DNA of 26,237 nucleotides. Origin: Actinomycetota bacterium (GTDB lineage Bacteria; Actinomycetota; Acidimicrobiia; Spongiisociales; UBA11373). Where the stretch lies: contig DNGH01000057.1 of NCBI GenBank assembly GCA_003486285.1, positions 818 to 27,054 of the forward strand. The letters are read 5' to 3'. The stretch's first letter is position 1. The number at the start of each line of letters is the position of its first letter. A program made the translations under genes and the position numbers. Below, one piece after another: positions 14,398-22,178 of the stretch. The notes below the pieces were generated by a model, which did no database searches, was not told where the DNA came from, and saw only the letters and a list, made by a program, of their open reading frames with translations.

Positions 14398-17160
14398 CTA
14401 GACCGGGCGGGTGATCAACTCGATGACCGCGTCCCAGTCGAGGGCGGCGCCCGCGGCCATGGCCGCGGCCGCCCGCTCCGGTCCCAACGACGCCATCACC
14501 GATTCCAGAATCCTTGCCTGACGCCCCGACAGGGTCCACCACAGTGCCGTGCCACTCTCTTCGAGCGCCCGAACCGCACCCAGGGCGCGTCCCGCACTCT
14601 CGAAGTCTCCCGCGGCGACGTCGAGGCCGGCACGCAGTACGAGCATCACCTGCGGGAGCCAGGCCACGCGCAGCTCCGGGTTGGCAAAAGCCTCCGCGGC
14701 ATGCTGGACGAAGCGCCGGCTCGCCTCCGGGTCTCCCAATTCGGCGTCGCACACCGCGAGGAAGGCGCGCCCGCTTCGGGCGTAGTCGTCCAATCTTCCC
14801 GCCTCGGCCTGCTCGATGCCCCGTCGGAAATGCTGCTGAGCCGATGCCGGTGATTCGACTGACAGCTCGAAGACCCCGGCCTGCCAGTACTGCTCGGTGA
14901 GGCGGTGCGTGGAGCGCAACTCCGTGGAGGCCGCGATGGCCTCCACGAACCGTTGCCGTGCCGTGGCGACATCACCGGCACGCCCGGCACCCTCGGCGAG
15001 GTTTCCGAGCGCCACCGCGATCGCCGCCCGGTCATCGATGCGACGCGCGATCGCGAGCGCCTGCTCGTTGAGGGGAACCATCTCATCGAACCGCCCTGCT
15101 GCTTCGTGAGCCGCAGAGAGGTTGATCAACGCCGCGGCATAGCCCTGGCGCAGCAGCGCCGGGTCCGCCCCGCTCGCATCCAGTGCGACATAGAGGCGTA
15201 CCGCCTCCTGCAACAGCGGCACCGAATCCGGGTGCCGCTCCGTCCCGCTGAGGAGCGACCCCAGGCCGAGCAGACCCTGGGCTCGGACCAAGCGGGAGGC
15301 CTCCTCTCCTGCCGCGGCGACCGTTTGCTCCAACCAGGCGACACCCTCCGACCAGCGACTCTTGAACCACCAGAAGCGCCAAAACCCGCCGGCGATGGCA
15401 AGTGCGAGGCCCCCTTCGCCAGCTTCCACTGCCCAGGTCATCGCCTGGCGGAGGTTGTCCAGCTCGGTGTCGATGCGCTCCCACCACATCACCTCGTGCG
15501 GCCCGCGGATGTTGTGGCCGGCCTCGATCGCCAACTCGCGGAAGAAGTCGGCATGCTTGCGGCGGAATACCTCGGCCTGGCCCGACTCGTCGAGACGGTC
15601 ACGGGCGAACTGGCGCAGTGTCTCCAGCAGGCGGTAGCGGGCGTCCTCCCCGGCGGTGTCGACGGCGACGAGAGACTTGTCCACCAACGCCGGGAGCAGT
15701 TCGAGCACCGCCAAGCGATCGAGGTCGGAGGCAGTGCCGACCTCCTCGACGGCTTCGAGCGTGAACCCACCCTGGAACACCGAAAGCCGCTCGAAGAGTC
15801 GGCGCTCCGGCTCGTCGAGCAGTCGATACGACCAGTCGATCGCCGCCGCCAGGGTCTGCTGTCGGGGTAGGGCCGTACGACTCCCCCCGGTGAGCAGCCG
15901 GAACCGCTGGTCGAGATTCTCTGCGATCTGGTGCGGAGTGAACGTGCGCAACCGCGCCGCCGCCAGCTCCAGGGCGAGGGGCATGCCGTCGAGGCGGCGG
16001 CAGATCTCGATGACCGAGGGGGCCATCGCCTCGGTCAGATGAAACCCCGGCTGGCTGGCCTGGGCCCGCTCGATGAACAGTCGAACCGCATCGAAGCCCT
16101 CGAGATCCGCAACCGGGACTTGCTCACCCCGCTGGGGCATCGCCAGCGAGGGCATCCCATAGGCCACCTCGCCCGAGACTCCGAGCAGTTCACGGCTGGT
16201 GGCCACCACCCTGCATTCGGGAGCCGCGGCCACGATTCCTGATACGAATTCGGCCGCACCCGCGATCAGGTGCTCGCAGTTGTCCACCATGAGAAACGCC
16301 ACCCTGCCGGCGAGGTGCTCGACGATCGCCTCCCGAATCGTCCTTCCCGGTGCCTGACCCACCCCCAGGGCGTCGGCAGCGGTGGCGTCGATCAGGTCGG
16401 GATCGGTGACGGCTCCTAATTCGATCAGCCAGGTCCCGCCAGGGAACTCGTCGCCCAGGTCTGCGGCAGCCTGGATGGCGAGCCGGGTCTTGCCGGAGCC
16501 GCCGACCCCGGTGATGGTGAGCACCCGCGTCGTGCCGATCAACCGCTTCACCTCGTCCAACTCCTGCTGCCTCCCCACGAAGGAGGTGACAAACGTCGGG
16601 AGGTTGTTGGGCACCACATCCGGAGTGCGCAGCGGTGGGAAGCGGCCCGCAACGCCTTCGACATCGAGCTGATAGATCCGCTCCGATCCGGCGAGGTCGC
16701 GCAGCCGGTGCTCGCCCAGGTCGCGCAGCGCGACCTTTTCCGGCAGATGCGAGCCGGCGATGCGCTGTGCCACCAGGCTCACCACCACCTGGCCCCCGTG
16801 GGCCACGGAGAGGAGCCGTGCGGTGCGGTTCAGCACCTGCCCGAAGAAGTCCCCCTCGCGCTCCTCCACCTCGCCGGTGTGGATCGCCATGCGAACCTTG
16901 AGGGACCCGATGTCGGGATGGGCCACCTCGGCAAAACGGCGCTGAGCATCGGCCGCCGCTGCCATCGCGTCGGTTGCCATCCCGAACACGCAAAAGGCGC
17001 CATCACCGGAATGCTTGAACACCCGCCCGTCATGGCTCTCGACCAACTTGCGCAGTAGATCGTCGTGATCGCCGAGGGCCTTGCGCATCGCCTCGGGGTG
17101 CAACTCCCAGAGGCGCGTCGAGCCCTCGATGTCGGTGAAGAGGAAGGTGAGGGCGGCCAC
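14398..17160 (-). CDS. Class III adenylate cyclase fused to a STAND (NB-ARC-like) ATPase and TPR-like repeats
   Basis: TFLFTDIEGST, FKHSGDG, RMAIHTGE and DFFGQVLNRTARL cyclase motifs; Walker A GVGGSGKT, Walker B MVDNCEH, GMPLALELAAAR; helical C-terminus; TAGGTT 6 nt upstream of GTG. Confidence 0.92.
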   Translation of the reverse strand: MAALTFLFTDIEGSTRLWELHPEAMRKALGDHDDLLRKLVESHDGRVFKHSGDGAFCVFGMATDAMAAAADAQRRFAEVAHPDIGSLKVRMAIHTGEVEEREGDFFGQVLNRTARLLSVAHGGQVVVSLVAQRIAGSHLPEKVALRDLGEHRLRDLAGSERIYQLDVEGVAGRFPPLRTPDVVPNNLPTFVTSFVGRQQELDEVKRLIGTTRVLTITGVGGSGKTRLAIQAAADLGDEFPGGTWLIELGAVTDPDLIDATAADALGVGQAPGRTIREAIVEHLAGRVAFLMVDNCEHLIAGAAEFVSGIVAAAPECRVVATSRELLGVSGEVAYGMPSLAMPQRGEQVPVADLEGFDAVRLFIERAQASQPGFHLTEAMAPSVIEICRRLDGMPLALELAAARLRTFTPHQIAENLDQRFRLLTGGSRTALPRQQTLAAAIDWSYRLLDEPERRLFERLSVFQGGFTLEAVEEVGTASDLDRLAVLELLPALVDKSLVAVDTAGEDARYRLLETLRQFARDRLDESGQAEVFRRKHADFFRELAIEAGHNIRGPHEVMWWERIDTELDNLRQAMTWAVEAGEGGLALAIAGGFWRFWWFKSRWSEGVAWLEQTVAAAGEEASRLVRAQGLLGLGSLLSGTERHPDSVPLLQEAVRLYVALDASGADPALLRQGYAAALINLSAAHEAAGRFDEMVPLNEQALAIARRIDDRAAIAVALGNLAEGAGRAGDVATARQRFVEAIAASTELRSTHRLTEQYWQAGVFELSVESPASAQQHFRRGIEQAEAGRLDDYARSGRAFLAVCDAELGDPEASRRFVQHAAEAFANPELRVAWLPQVMLVLRAGLDVAAGDFESAGRALGAVRALEESGTALWWTLSGRQARILESVMASLGPERAAAAMAAGAALDWDAVIELITRPV

Positions 17161-17195
17161 GAGCAGAACCTACCGGCCGCAGCCCGGCTCTGCTC
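17161..17195 (-). terminator. Possible hairpin downstream of the small peptide gene, overlapping the cyclase -10
   Basis: GAGCAGA (17161-17167) / TCTGCTC (17189-17195) with inner CCGG/CCGG; no U-tract. Confidence 0.3.
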
Positions 17196-17208
17196 CTCCC
17201 GCCGCTGC

Positions 17209-17334
17209 CTACGCCGGCACCTTCTCGGGCTCGGGCGCCTCCTCCGGCACGAGATAGGGCTCGTCTGCCGGGATCTCCTCGGGCATCACCAGGGGCTCGA
17301 CGACGATCACGCGCTGTTGCTCTCCGATGTCCAC
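17209..17334 (-). CDS. 41-aa acidic Pro/Glu-rich peptide [41 protein letters not shown]
   Basis: GTG at 17334 with RBS GAGAGGAG 5 nt upstream; GC3-rich codons; overlaps the upstream gene end by 28 nt. Confidence 0.75.
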   Translation of the reverse strand: MDIGEQQRVIVVEPLVMPEEIPADEPYLVPEEAPEPEKVPA

Positions 17335-18116
17335 GGCGGCTCCTCTCTTGCGATCAAGTACTCGGTGATCACTGCCCACGCCACGGCGTGCGACTGGTAT
17401 CGACTGCCCCAGCGCACCACGGTCTGCTCCGGGTCGTGGAACGCCGCGGTGACCATGCCCGGCGAGTCGGTCGTGAGCCATCGTCCCCCGGCCACCAACC
17501 CCAAGGCCACCACTCGGGCGTGTTCGGCCCGGTACCCGCGGGCGTGCTCGACCACCTTGCCGCTCAGCTCCACCAGGCCCATGGCCCCGACGCGGAGCAC
17601 CCCGAATCCCGTGAGTAGGAGCTCGGGATGCTTGGCGGTGTAGATGCCGCAGGGAGGCGTCCCGCACCGGCCGTCGCTGTGGGGCACCTCGGTGCGGCCG
17701 TTGCCGCGGGCACACCCCGCGGTGAGCCAGGGGTCCTTCCACTCGAGGCGCGCCCCCATCATTCGTCCGTCCCGGATCTGCCACATCCGGTAGGAGCGAA
17801 TCGGCACCGGCGACCAGGCCTCGCCGTGCTCGCGGCGCAGGCGGTCGATCTCATCGTCGAGCACCAGGGCAAGACCCTTCTCGAAGCCGGCCAGCTCCTG
17901 ACGGAGCCGGTGCCGTTCGGCGGTGAGCTCGGCGATCTGGTCGTCGATGAACCGCAACCGGCCGCGCCCGCTGCGCAACCGGTCGTCGAGGCGCTGCGCC
18001 GGGGGGACTTCGGGAACGCCATAGCGCACCTGGTACTGGCGCAACTGCGCGGCGAGGCGGCCGAGACAAGGCCGATCGGGGTCGGGGGGATCGGCGGAGG
18101 TGGCCGGAAGCGCCAT
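17307..18116 (-). CDS. Uncharacterised protein with N-terminal coiled coil and a C-x10-H-x4-C-x4-C-GIY cluster
   Basis: 269 aa from ATG 18116 (TACCTT 7 nt upstream); motifs [31 protein letters not shown]. Confidence 0.82.
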   Translation of the reverse strand: MALPATSADPPDPDRPCLGRLAAQLRQYQVRYGVPEVPPAQRLDDRLRSGRGRLRFIDDQIAELTAERHRLRQELAGFEKGLALVLDDEIDRLRREHGEAWSPVPIRSYRMWQIRDGRMMGARLEWKDPWLTAGCARGNGRTEVPHSDGRCGTPPCGIYTAKHPELLLTGFGVLRVGAMGLVELSGKVVEHARGYRAEHARVVALGLVAGGRWLTTDSPGMVTAAFHDPEQTVVRWGSRYQSHAVAWAVITEYLIAREEPPWTSESNSA

Positions 18117-18210
18117 GGCGCCGAAGGTAGGGCATCGAACAGGTGTTTGGCAAGGCCCGGGTGGAAGCGGGTTTTCGCGTTCTGGGGTCACCCCACGAGG
18201 CGCACCGGGC

Positions 18211-18402
18211 GCCGTCCATCCATTCGGGACGGGTCGACCCGAGGGTGGCCAGCACCGTCGGAGCGATGTCAACGTCCCCGGACTCGACAACGGGTTCGTC
18301 GCGGGATCGTCGGTGTTCCCCACCTACGGGTGGGCCAATCCGCTGCTCACCATCATCGCCCTGGCATTGCGCCTGTCGGACCACCTGGTGGCGGAGGATT
18401 GA
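18211..18402 (+). pseudogene. C-terminal remnant of a GMC-family oxidoreductase
   Basis: AVHPFGTGR...[38 protein letters not shown] matches the GMC C-terminal consensus (H.xGTxR; V.G..NL.V.G.SVFP....NPTLT..ALA.RL..HL); no N-terminal FAD domain upstream. Confidence 0.85.
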
Positions 18403-18411
18403 CGCCCACCC

Positions 18412-18439
18412 CTACACCATCAGGTGTATCGGGGTGTAG
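18412..18439. promoter_or_regulatory. Inverted-repeat operator upstream of vapB
   Basis: TACACC-ATCA-GGTGTA (18413-18428), plus a second GGTGTAG (18433-18439) overlapping a TAGACT -10 candidate (18437-18442). Confidence 0.6.
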
Positions 18440-18452
18440 ACTCACCGCGCAC

Positions 18453-18653
18453 ATGTCGCGAACCAACATCGAGATCGACGACACCCTGATCGCAAGAGTG
18501 ATGCGGCGCTACCGGTTGGCCACCAAACGCGAAGCAGTCGATCTGGCGTTACGCCGCGCCGCCGGGGAGGCCCTCGATCGCGCCGAGTTGTTGGCGCTGC
18601 GCGGCACCGGATGGGCGGGCGACCTCGACACCATACGAGCGGATCGCACGTGA
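18453..18653 (+). CDS. vapB: Type II TA antitoxin VapB (ribbon-helix-helix)
   Basis: [27 protein letters not shown]...G.GW.GDL; 66 aa; GTGA overlap with vapC. Confidence 0.93.
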   Translation: MSRTNIEIDDTLIARVMRRYRLATKREAVDLALRRAAGEALDRAELLALRGTGWAGDLDTIRADRT

Positions 18654-19045
18654 TCCTGGTCGATACCTCGGCATGGATCGAGTACCTGCGCGCCACCGGG
18701 TCGCCAGCAGATCGTCATGTCACCGGATTGGTGCGGCGCAACGGCTACGGCGTAACCGATGTCGTGGCAGCCGAGTTGGCAACTGGAGCTCGCACCACGG
18801 CAGACCTGGCTCGCATCCGGGGCATCGCCGACTCGGGGGTGTTCTATCCAGTGCGGCCTCTCTTCGACTATGAGGTGGCCGCCGACCTCTACCGGACCTG
18901 CCGGGAGGAAGGCTCCCAACCGCGGTCACTCGCCGACTGCCTCGTGGCGGCTGTGGCCATCAACAACGACCTGCAGGTGCTGGCGGTCGATCGCGACTTC
19001 GAAGTGATCGCCGCTCGGAGCGAGCTGCGGCTCGTCTCCCTCTGA
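18650..19045 (+). CDS. vapC: Type II TA toxin VapC (PIN-domain RNase)
   Basis: [36 protein letters not shown]; the acidic PIN residues are present. Confidence 0.95.
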   Translation: MILVDTSAWIEYLRATGSPADRHVTGLVRRNGYGVTDVVAAELATGARTTADLARIRGIADSGVFYPVRPLFDYEVAADLYRTCREEGSQPRSLADCLVAAVAINNDLQVLAVDRDFEVIAARSELRLVSL

Positions 19046-19048
19046 CCG

Positions 19049-20107
19049 CTACTGCCCGGCCACGCTCAAGACGGGGGCACTGAGGTCGTTGCACCGGGTC
19101 ACCGATCCGTAGGCAGCCGCAGCGGTCTCGTCGACCAGCGGCACCTGCCAGGTCCACACCTCCCCCGCGGCCACCGGGTAGCGCTCGAGCAGGCCAGTGC
19201 AGCCCCGCATCACCGACCAGCGATTGCCCGGAGGCACCACGAACACGGTGTAGAGCCCGGGGTCGACCTCGAAGGCGGCCCGCCCGCCGGCATCACTGAG
19301 GGCAAACCGTCCCGCCCCCACAGCCGGAGTGAGAGTGACGAACGCCCCCGCCACCGGCACCACGATGGTGCTCCCGTCCTCCTGGGCCACCGACCCGGTG
19401 ACTGCGATGGCCAGCATGCCATTGCCCGCGACCAGAACCGACGGGAGTGTCGTCGTCGTCACACCGGGGCCGCCGGATGCGGTGGGCCGGCCCGAGGTGG
19501 CGACGGTGTCGAATACCGCAGGTACCGACTCCGGCGCGGTGATCGCCGCCGCCGCCACCCCGAGTTCCAGGGCGATGAGCGTGGCCAACACCCGCACGTC
19601 GGCCCCCACGAACACCTTGAGGCGATCGAGGCGCCGCCACAACCCGACCGCCACGATCGGGGCGATCGGGAACACCGGGGCGATCACCCAGAACTCGTCG
19701 ACACCGAACCAGAGCATCACGATCGCCGCCGCCGCGGTCGGCAGCCACGAAACCGGTGACAAGGTCATCGGATTCGCCGACCGGGCGGCCCGCCGCCGCC
19801 GCGGCTCCCGGGGGATCTTGTCGACCCGGTCCGGTGCGTAGGCGACGGTGATCGACCCGGTCAGCGGAGCCTCGGTGCGGGGTGCGGGCAACCGCATCTG
19901 GGCCGCGGCGACGTAGAGCAGCGGGAAAACCGGGAAGAGGAGCAGGTGCCAGGGACCCTCGATGCCGAACCACGCCACCGCCGCCGCCACCGCCGCCGAG
20001 GCGGCGAAGGGCTGCAACACCGCCCTTCCCCGGGGCTGCAAGCGGACGCGGACCAGGAGCGCCACCGTGGTGGCGCTCCACAGCCAGTTCCATGGTGTGA
20101 TCGGCAT
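19049..20107 (-). CDS. Hypothetical multi-pass membrane protein with C-terminal extracellular beta-sandwich (carboxypeptidase-regulatory/Cna-B-like) domain
   Basis: Several hydrophobic segments in the N-half, Thr-rich linker, then PVAGAFVTL...SDAGG.A.FEVDPGLYTVFVVPP, typical of prealbumin-like folds. Confidence 0.7.
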   Translation of the reverse strand: MPITPWNWLWSATTVALLVRVRLQPRGRAVLQPFAASAAVAAAVAWFGIEGPWHLLLFPVFPLLYVAAAQMRLPAPRTEAPLTGSITVAYAPDRVDKIPREPRRRRAARSANPMTLSPVSWLPTAAAAIVMLWFGVDEFWVIAPVFPIAPIVAVGLWRRLDRLKVFVGADVRVLATLIALELGVAAAAITAPESVPAVFDTVATSGRPTASGGPGVTTTTLPSVLVAGNGMLAIAVTGSVAQEDGSTIVVPVAGAFVTLTPAVGAGRFALSDAGGRAAFEVDPGLYTVFVVPPGNRWSVMRGCTGLLERYPVAAGEVWTWQVPLVDETAAAAYGSVTRCNDLSAPVLSVAGQ

Positions 20108-20287
20108 CCCGTTCCCGCTCGAGGGCGCTGAACGCTAGGGCAGAAGTCGGCACACCGGTTGCGGCGGGGTCCGCGAAATCAATCCCTGGCCAAACCCCTT
20201 GAGTCGCCCGCGACCGCTTGATAGGAATTGCGCACCGTCACCCGCCGCCCGGCGTGGACTTCCCCCGACGGAGACGAAAGGGGACAC

Positions 20288-20590
20288 GTGGAGGTAAGCG
20301 GGCACCCCGATCTCATCCACCTCGGGCGACTGCTGCGCGATCGGATGGATCGCACCCTCGAGGCGGAGATGGAGGCGGCGCGTGCCGCCGCCCGACGCAC
20401 CCGGACGCTGCGCGACCTCCTGCTCTCGGCCGAGGATGCCGCCTCCCGGATCTACCTCACCGCTTCGGATGGGTCACTGCACAGCGGGGTGGTGAGCGCG
20501 GTCGGCGCAGATCACGTCGAGATCAACGCCTCCGGGGTTCCCCACATCGTGGCGCTCGGCCACGTCGTCGCCGTGGAGGTGCGCCAATGA
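20288..20590 (+). CDS. Small hypothetical protein heading the tad operon (helix plus possible Sm-like beta domain)
   Basis: GTG with RBS GAAAGGGG; 100 aa; ATGA overlap with cpaB; GVVSAVGADHVEI beta pattern. Confidence 0.75.
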   Translation: MEVSGHPDLIHLGRLLRDRMDRTLEAEMEAARAAARRTRTLRDLLLSAEDAASRIYLTASDGSLHSGVVSAVGADHVEINASGVPHIVALGHVVAVEVRQ

Positions 20591-21156
20591 AGCGGGTCCA
20601 CCTCGACCTGCGCCTTGCCGGCGCCGCAGTGCTCGCTCTGATCGCTGGCGCGGGAGTCCACACCCTCACCCGACCCGTCGCAACGGTCGAGGTGCTCGTG
20701 GCCGCAGAGGCGCTTCCGCCGGGGGTGCGACTGGGCGATCTCGCTCTCACGATCGGCTCGGCGCCGCCGCTCCCGGGTCTGGTTCGCGCCGAGCAGGCCG
20801 AGGCGCTTGCAGATCACACGCTCGGCGCGGCACTCGCCCCCGGGGATCCGATTCTCGCAACGCTCCTGGTATCCCCTCCCGGTGATCGCCCCGACGTGGC
20901 CGCCCTGACCCTCGATCCCGCGCACGCGGTGCAGGGCGACCTCGTTCCTGGGGACCGTGTCGACATCTACGTTTCGGCACTCGGCTCGACGGAGCTTCTG
21001 GCCAGCGACGTCCTCGTCCTCGCCGCCAGCACGGGAAGCGGTGGTCTCGACGGTGGCGACACCTCGCTCCTGCTGGCGGTGGATGAAGATCTCGCCGCCC
21101 GACTCGTGGCCGCAGTGCACAACGCCGAGATCGATCTGGTACGGCGGGGCCGATGA
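20587..21156 (+). CDS. cpaB: Flp pilus assembly protein CpaB/RcpC (SAF domain)
   Basis: N-terminal TM, VLVAAEALPPG..L (SAF), L.PGD.I, L.PGDRVDIYV, V.VLA, LLLAV; tad context. Confidence 0.85.
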   Translation: MKRVHLDLRLAGAAVLALIAGAGVHTLTRPVATVEVLVAAEALPPGVRLGDLALTIGSAPPLPGLVRAEQAEALADHTLGAALAPGDPILATLLVSPPGDRPDVAALTLDPAHAVQGDLVPGDRVDIYVSALGSTELLASDVLVLAASTGSGGLDGGDTSLLLAVDEDLAARLVAAVHNAEIDLVRRGR

Positions 21157-22178
21157 CGCTACGCGTCGCCACCGTCCTCTCCGCCAGGGAGTGGGAATCG
21201 CGCCTCGTGGCCACCGCCCGGGCGTCCGCCGCGGTGCGGCTCGTCCTCCGCGCCTTCCTCCCGGACGAGGTGCTCGACCGAAGCCACGAGGTCGATGTCG
21301 TCGTAGTCGGATCGGAGACGCCGTGGGCGTCGGCTGCCCGTCTCGGCGCATGGATGCGCGCCGGGATCCGCGTCGTCGGCGTCCATCCCGTAGGCGATCG
21401 TCCCGCGGCTGATCGGCTCGCCGCGGCCGGGGTGGATCTGGTCCTCCCCGACGATCTCCCCGCCGAGGCGATCCTGCGAGAGATCAGGCTCATCGAGCCG
21501 GCCGCCGAACGCTCCCAGCCGACGCATGCGCTCGTCGTGATCACCGGCGCCGCCGGCGCCCCGGGCCGCACCGAGATCTCGCTGACGCTGGCGTGGATCG
21601 CGTCAGGACGCGCCCGATGCACCCTCGTGGACGCCGACCTGGCCGCACCCTCGCTGGCGGTTCGGCTCGGGATTCCGCCCCGTCCCGACCTGGCAGACGC
21701 CGTCGATCACGTCCACGAGTCCGGTTCGCTACCCGAGGGCCTCCTGCATCCGGTGGGGAGGCTCCGCATCCTCACCGGCTCGCATCGTCCGGGCGAGCCG
21801 CCGCTGCGTCCCGAGCCCGTGTTCGACGTGATCGATGCGGCGCGAACCGCGGCGCCGGTGGTCGTCGATGCGGGGGCTTGGCCGCAGGGCGGGGAGATCG
21901 TCAAGTCTGCGACCACGGCGATCGTCGTCGCCGAAGCATCTCCGACCGGGCTGGTTCGTGCCGCGGCGATGCTTGCCGAGTGGGCGGGTCCCCCGCCACG
22001 CCTCGTCCTGAACCGGGTCGGGTCGCATGCTGCCGAGGCACTCATCGCCGCCCGCCGATGGACCGGCCTCGAGCCTGTGGCGCTCGTCGCATTTCGCCGC
22101 AACGTGATGCGCACCTCGCGGCGCGGCGGACGACCCGACGGTCACATGTTGAAGTCGCTGCAACGGGTGGCTTGGTGA
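21153..22178 (+). CDS. CpaE/TadZ-like protein (receiver-like N-domain plus MinD/ParA-like domain)
   Basis: VVITGAAGAPGRT deviant P-loop, LVDADL, VVVDAG, LVLNRV; ATGA-coupled between cpaB and cpaF. Confidence 0.8.
   Translation: MTLRVATVLSAREWESRLVATARASAAVRLVLRAFLPDEVLDRSHEVDVVVVGSETPWASAARLGAWMRAGIRVVGVHPVGDRPAADRLAAAGVDLVLPDDLPAEAILREIRLIEPAAERSQPTHALVVITGAAGAPGRTEISLTLAWIASGRARCTLVDADLAAPSLAVRLGIPPRPDLADAVDHVHESGSLPEGLLHPVGRLRILTGSHRPGEPPLRPEPVFDVIDAARTAAPVVVDAGAWPQGGEIVKSATTAIVVAEASPTGLVRAAAMLAEWAGPPPRLVLNRVGSHAAEALIAARRWTGLEPVALVAFRRNVMRTSRRGGRPDGHMLKSLQRVAW

Noticed and set aside
20140-20287. c-di-GMP-I riboswitch ahead of the tad operon (GGCCAAACC resembles GGCAAACC)
   Set aside because: The GNRA-capped P2 stem and downstream GCAAAGC-type elements are not present; an Infernal/Rfam search would settle it.
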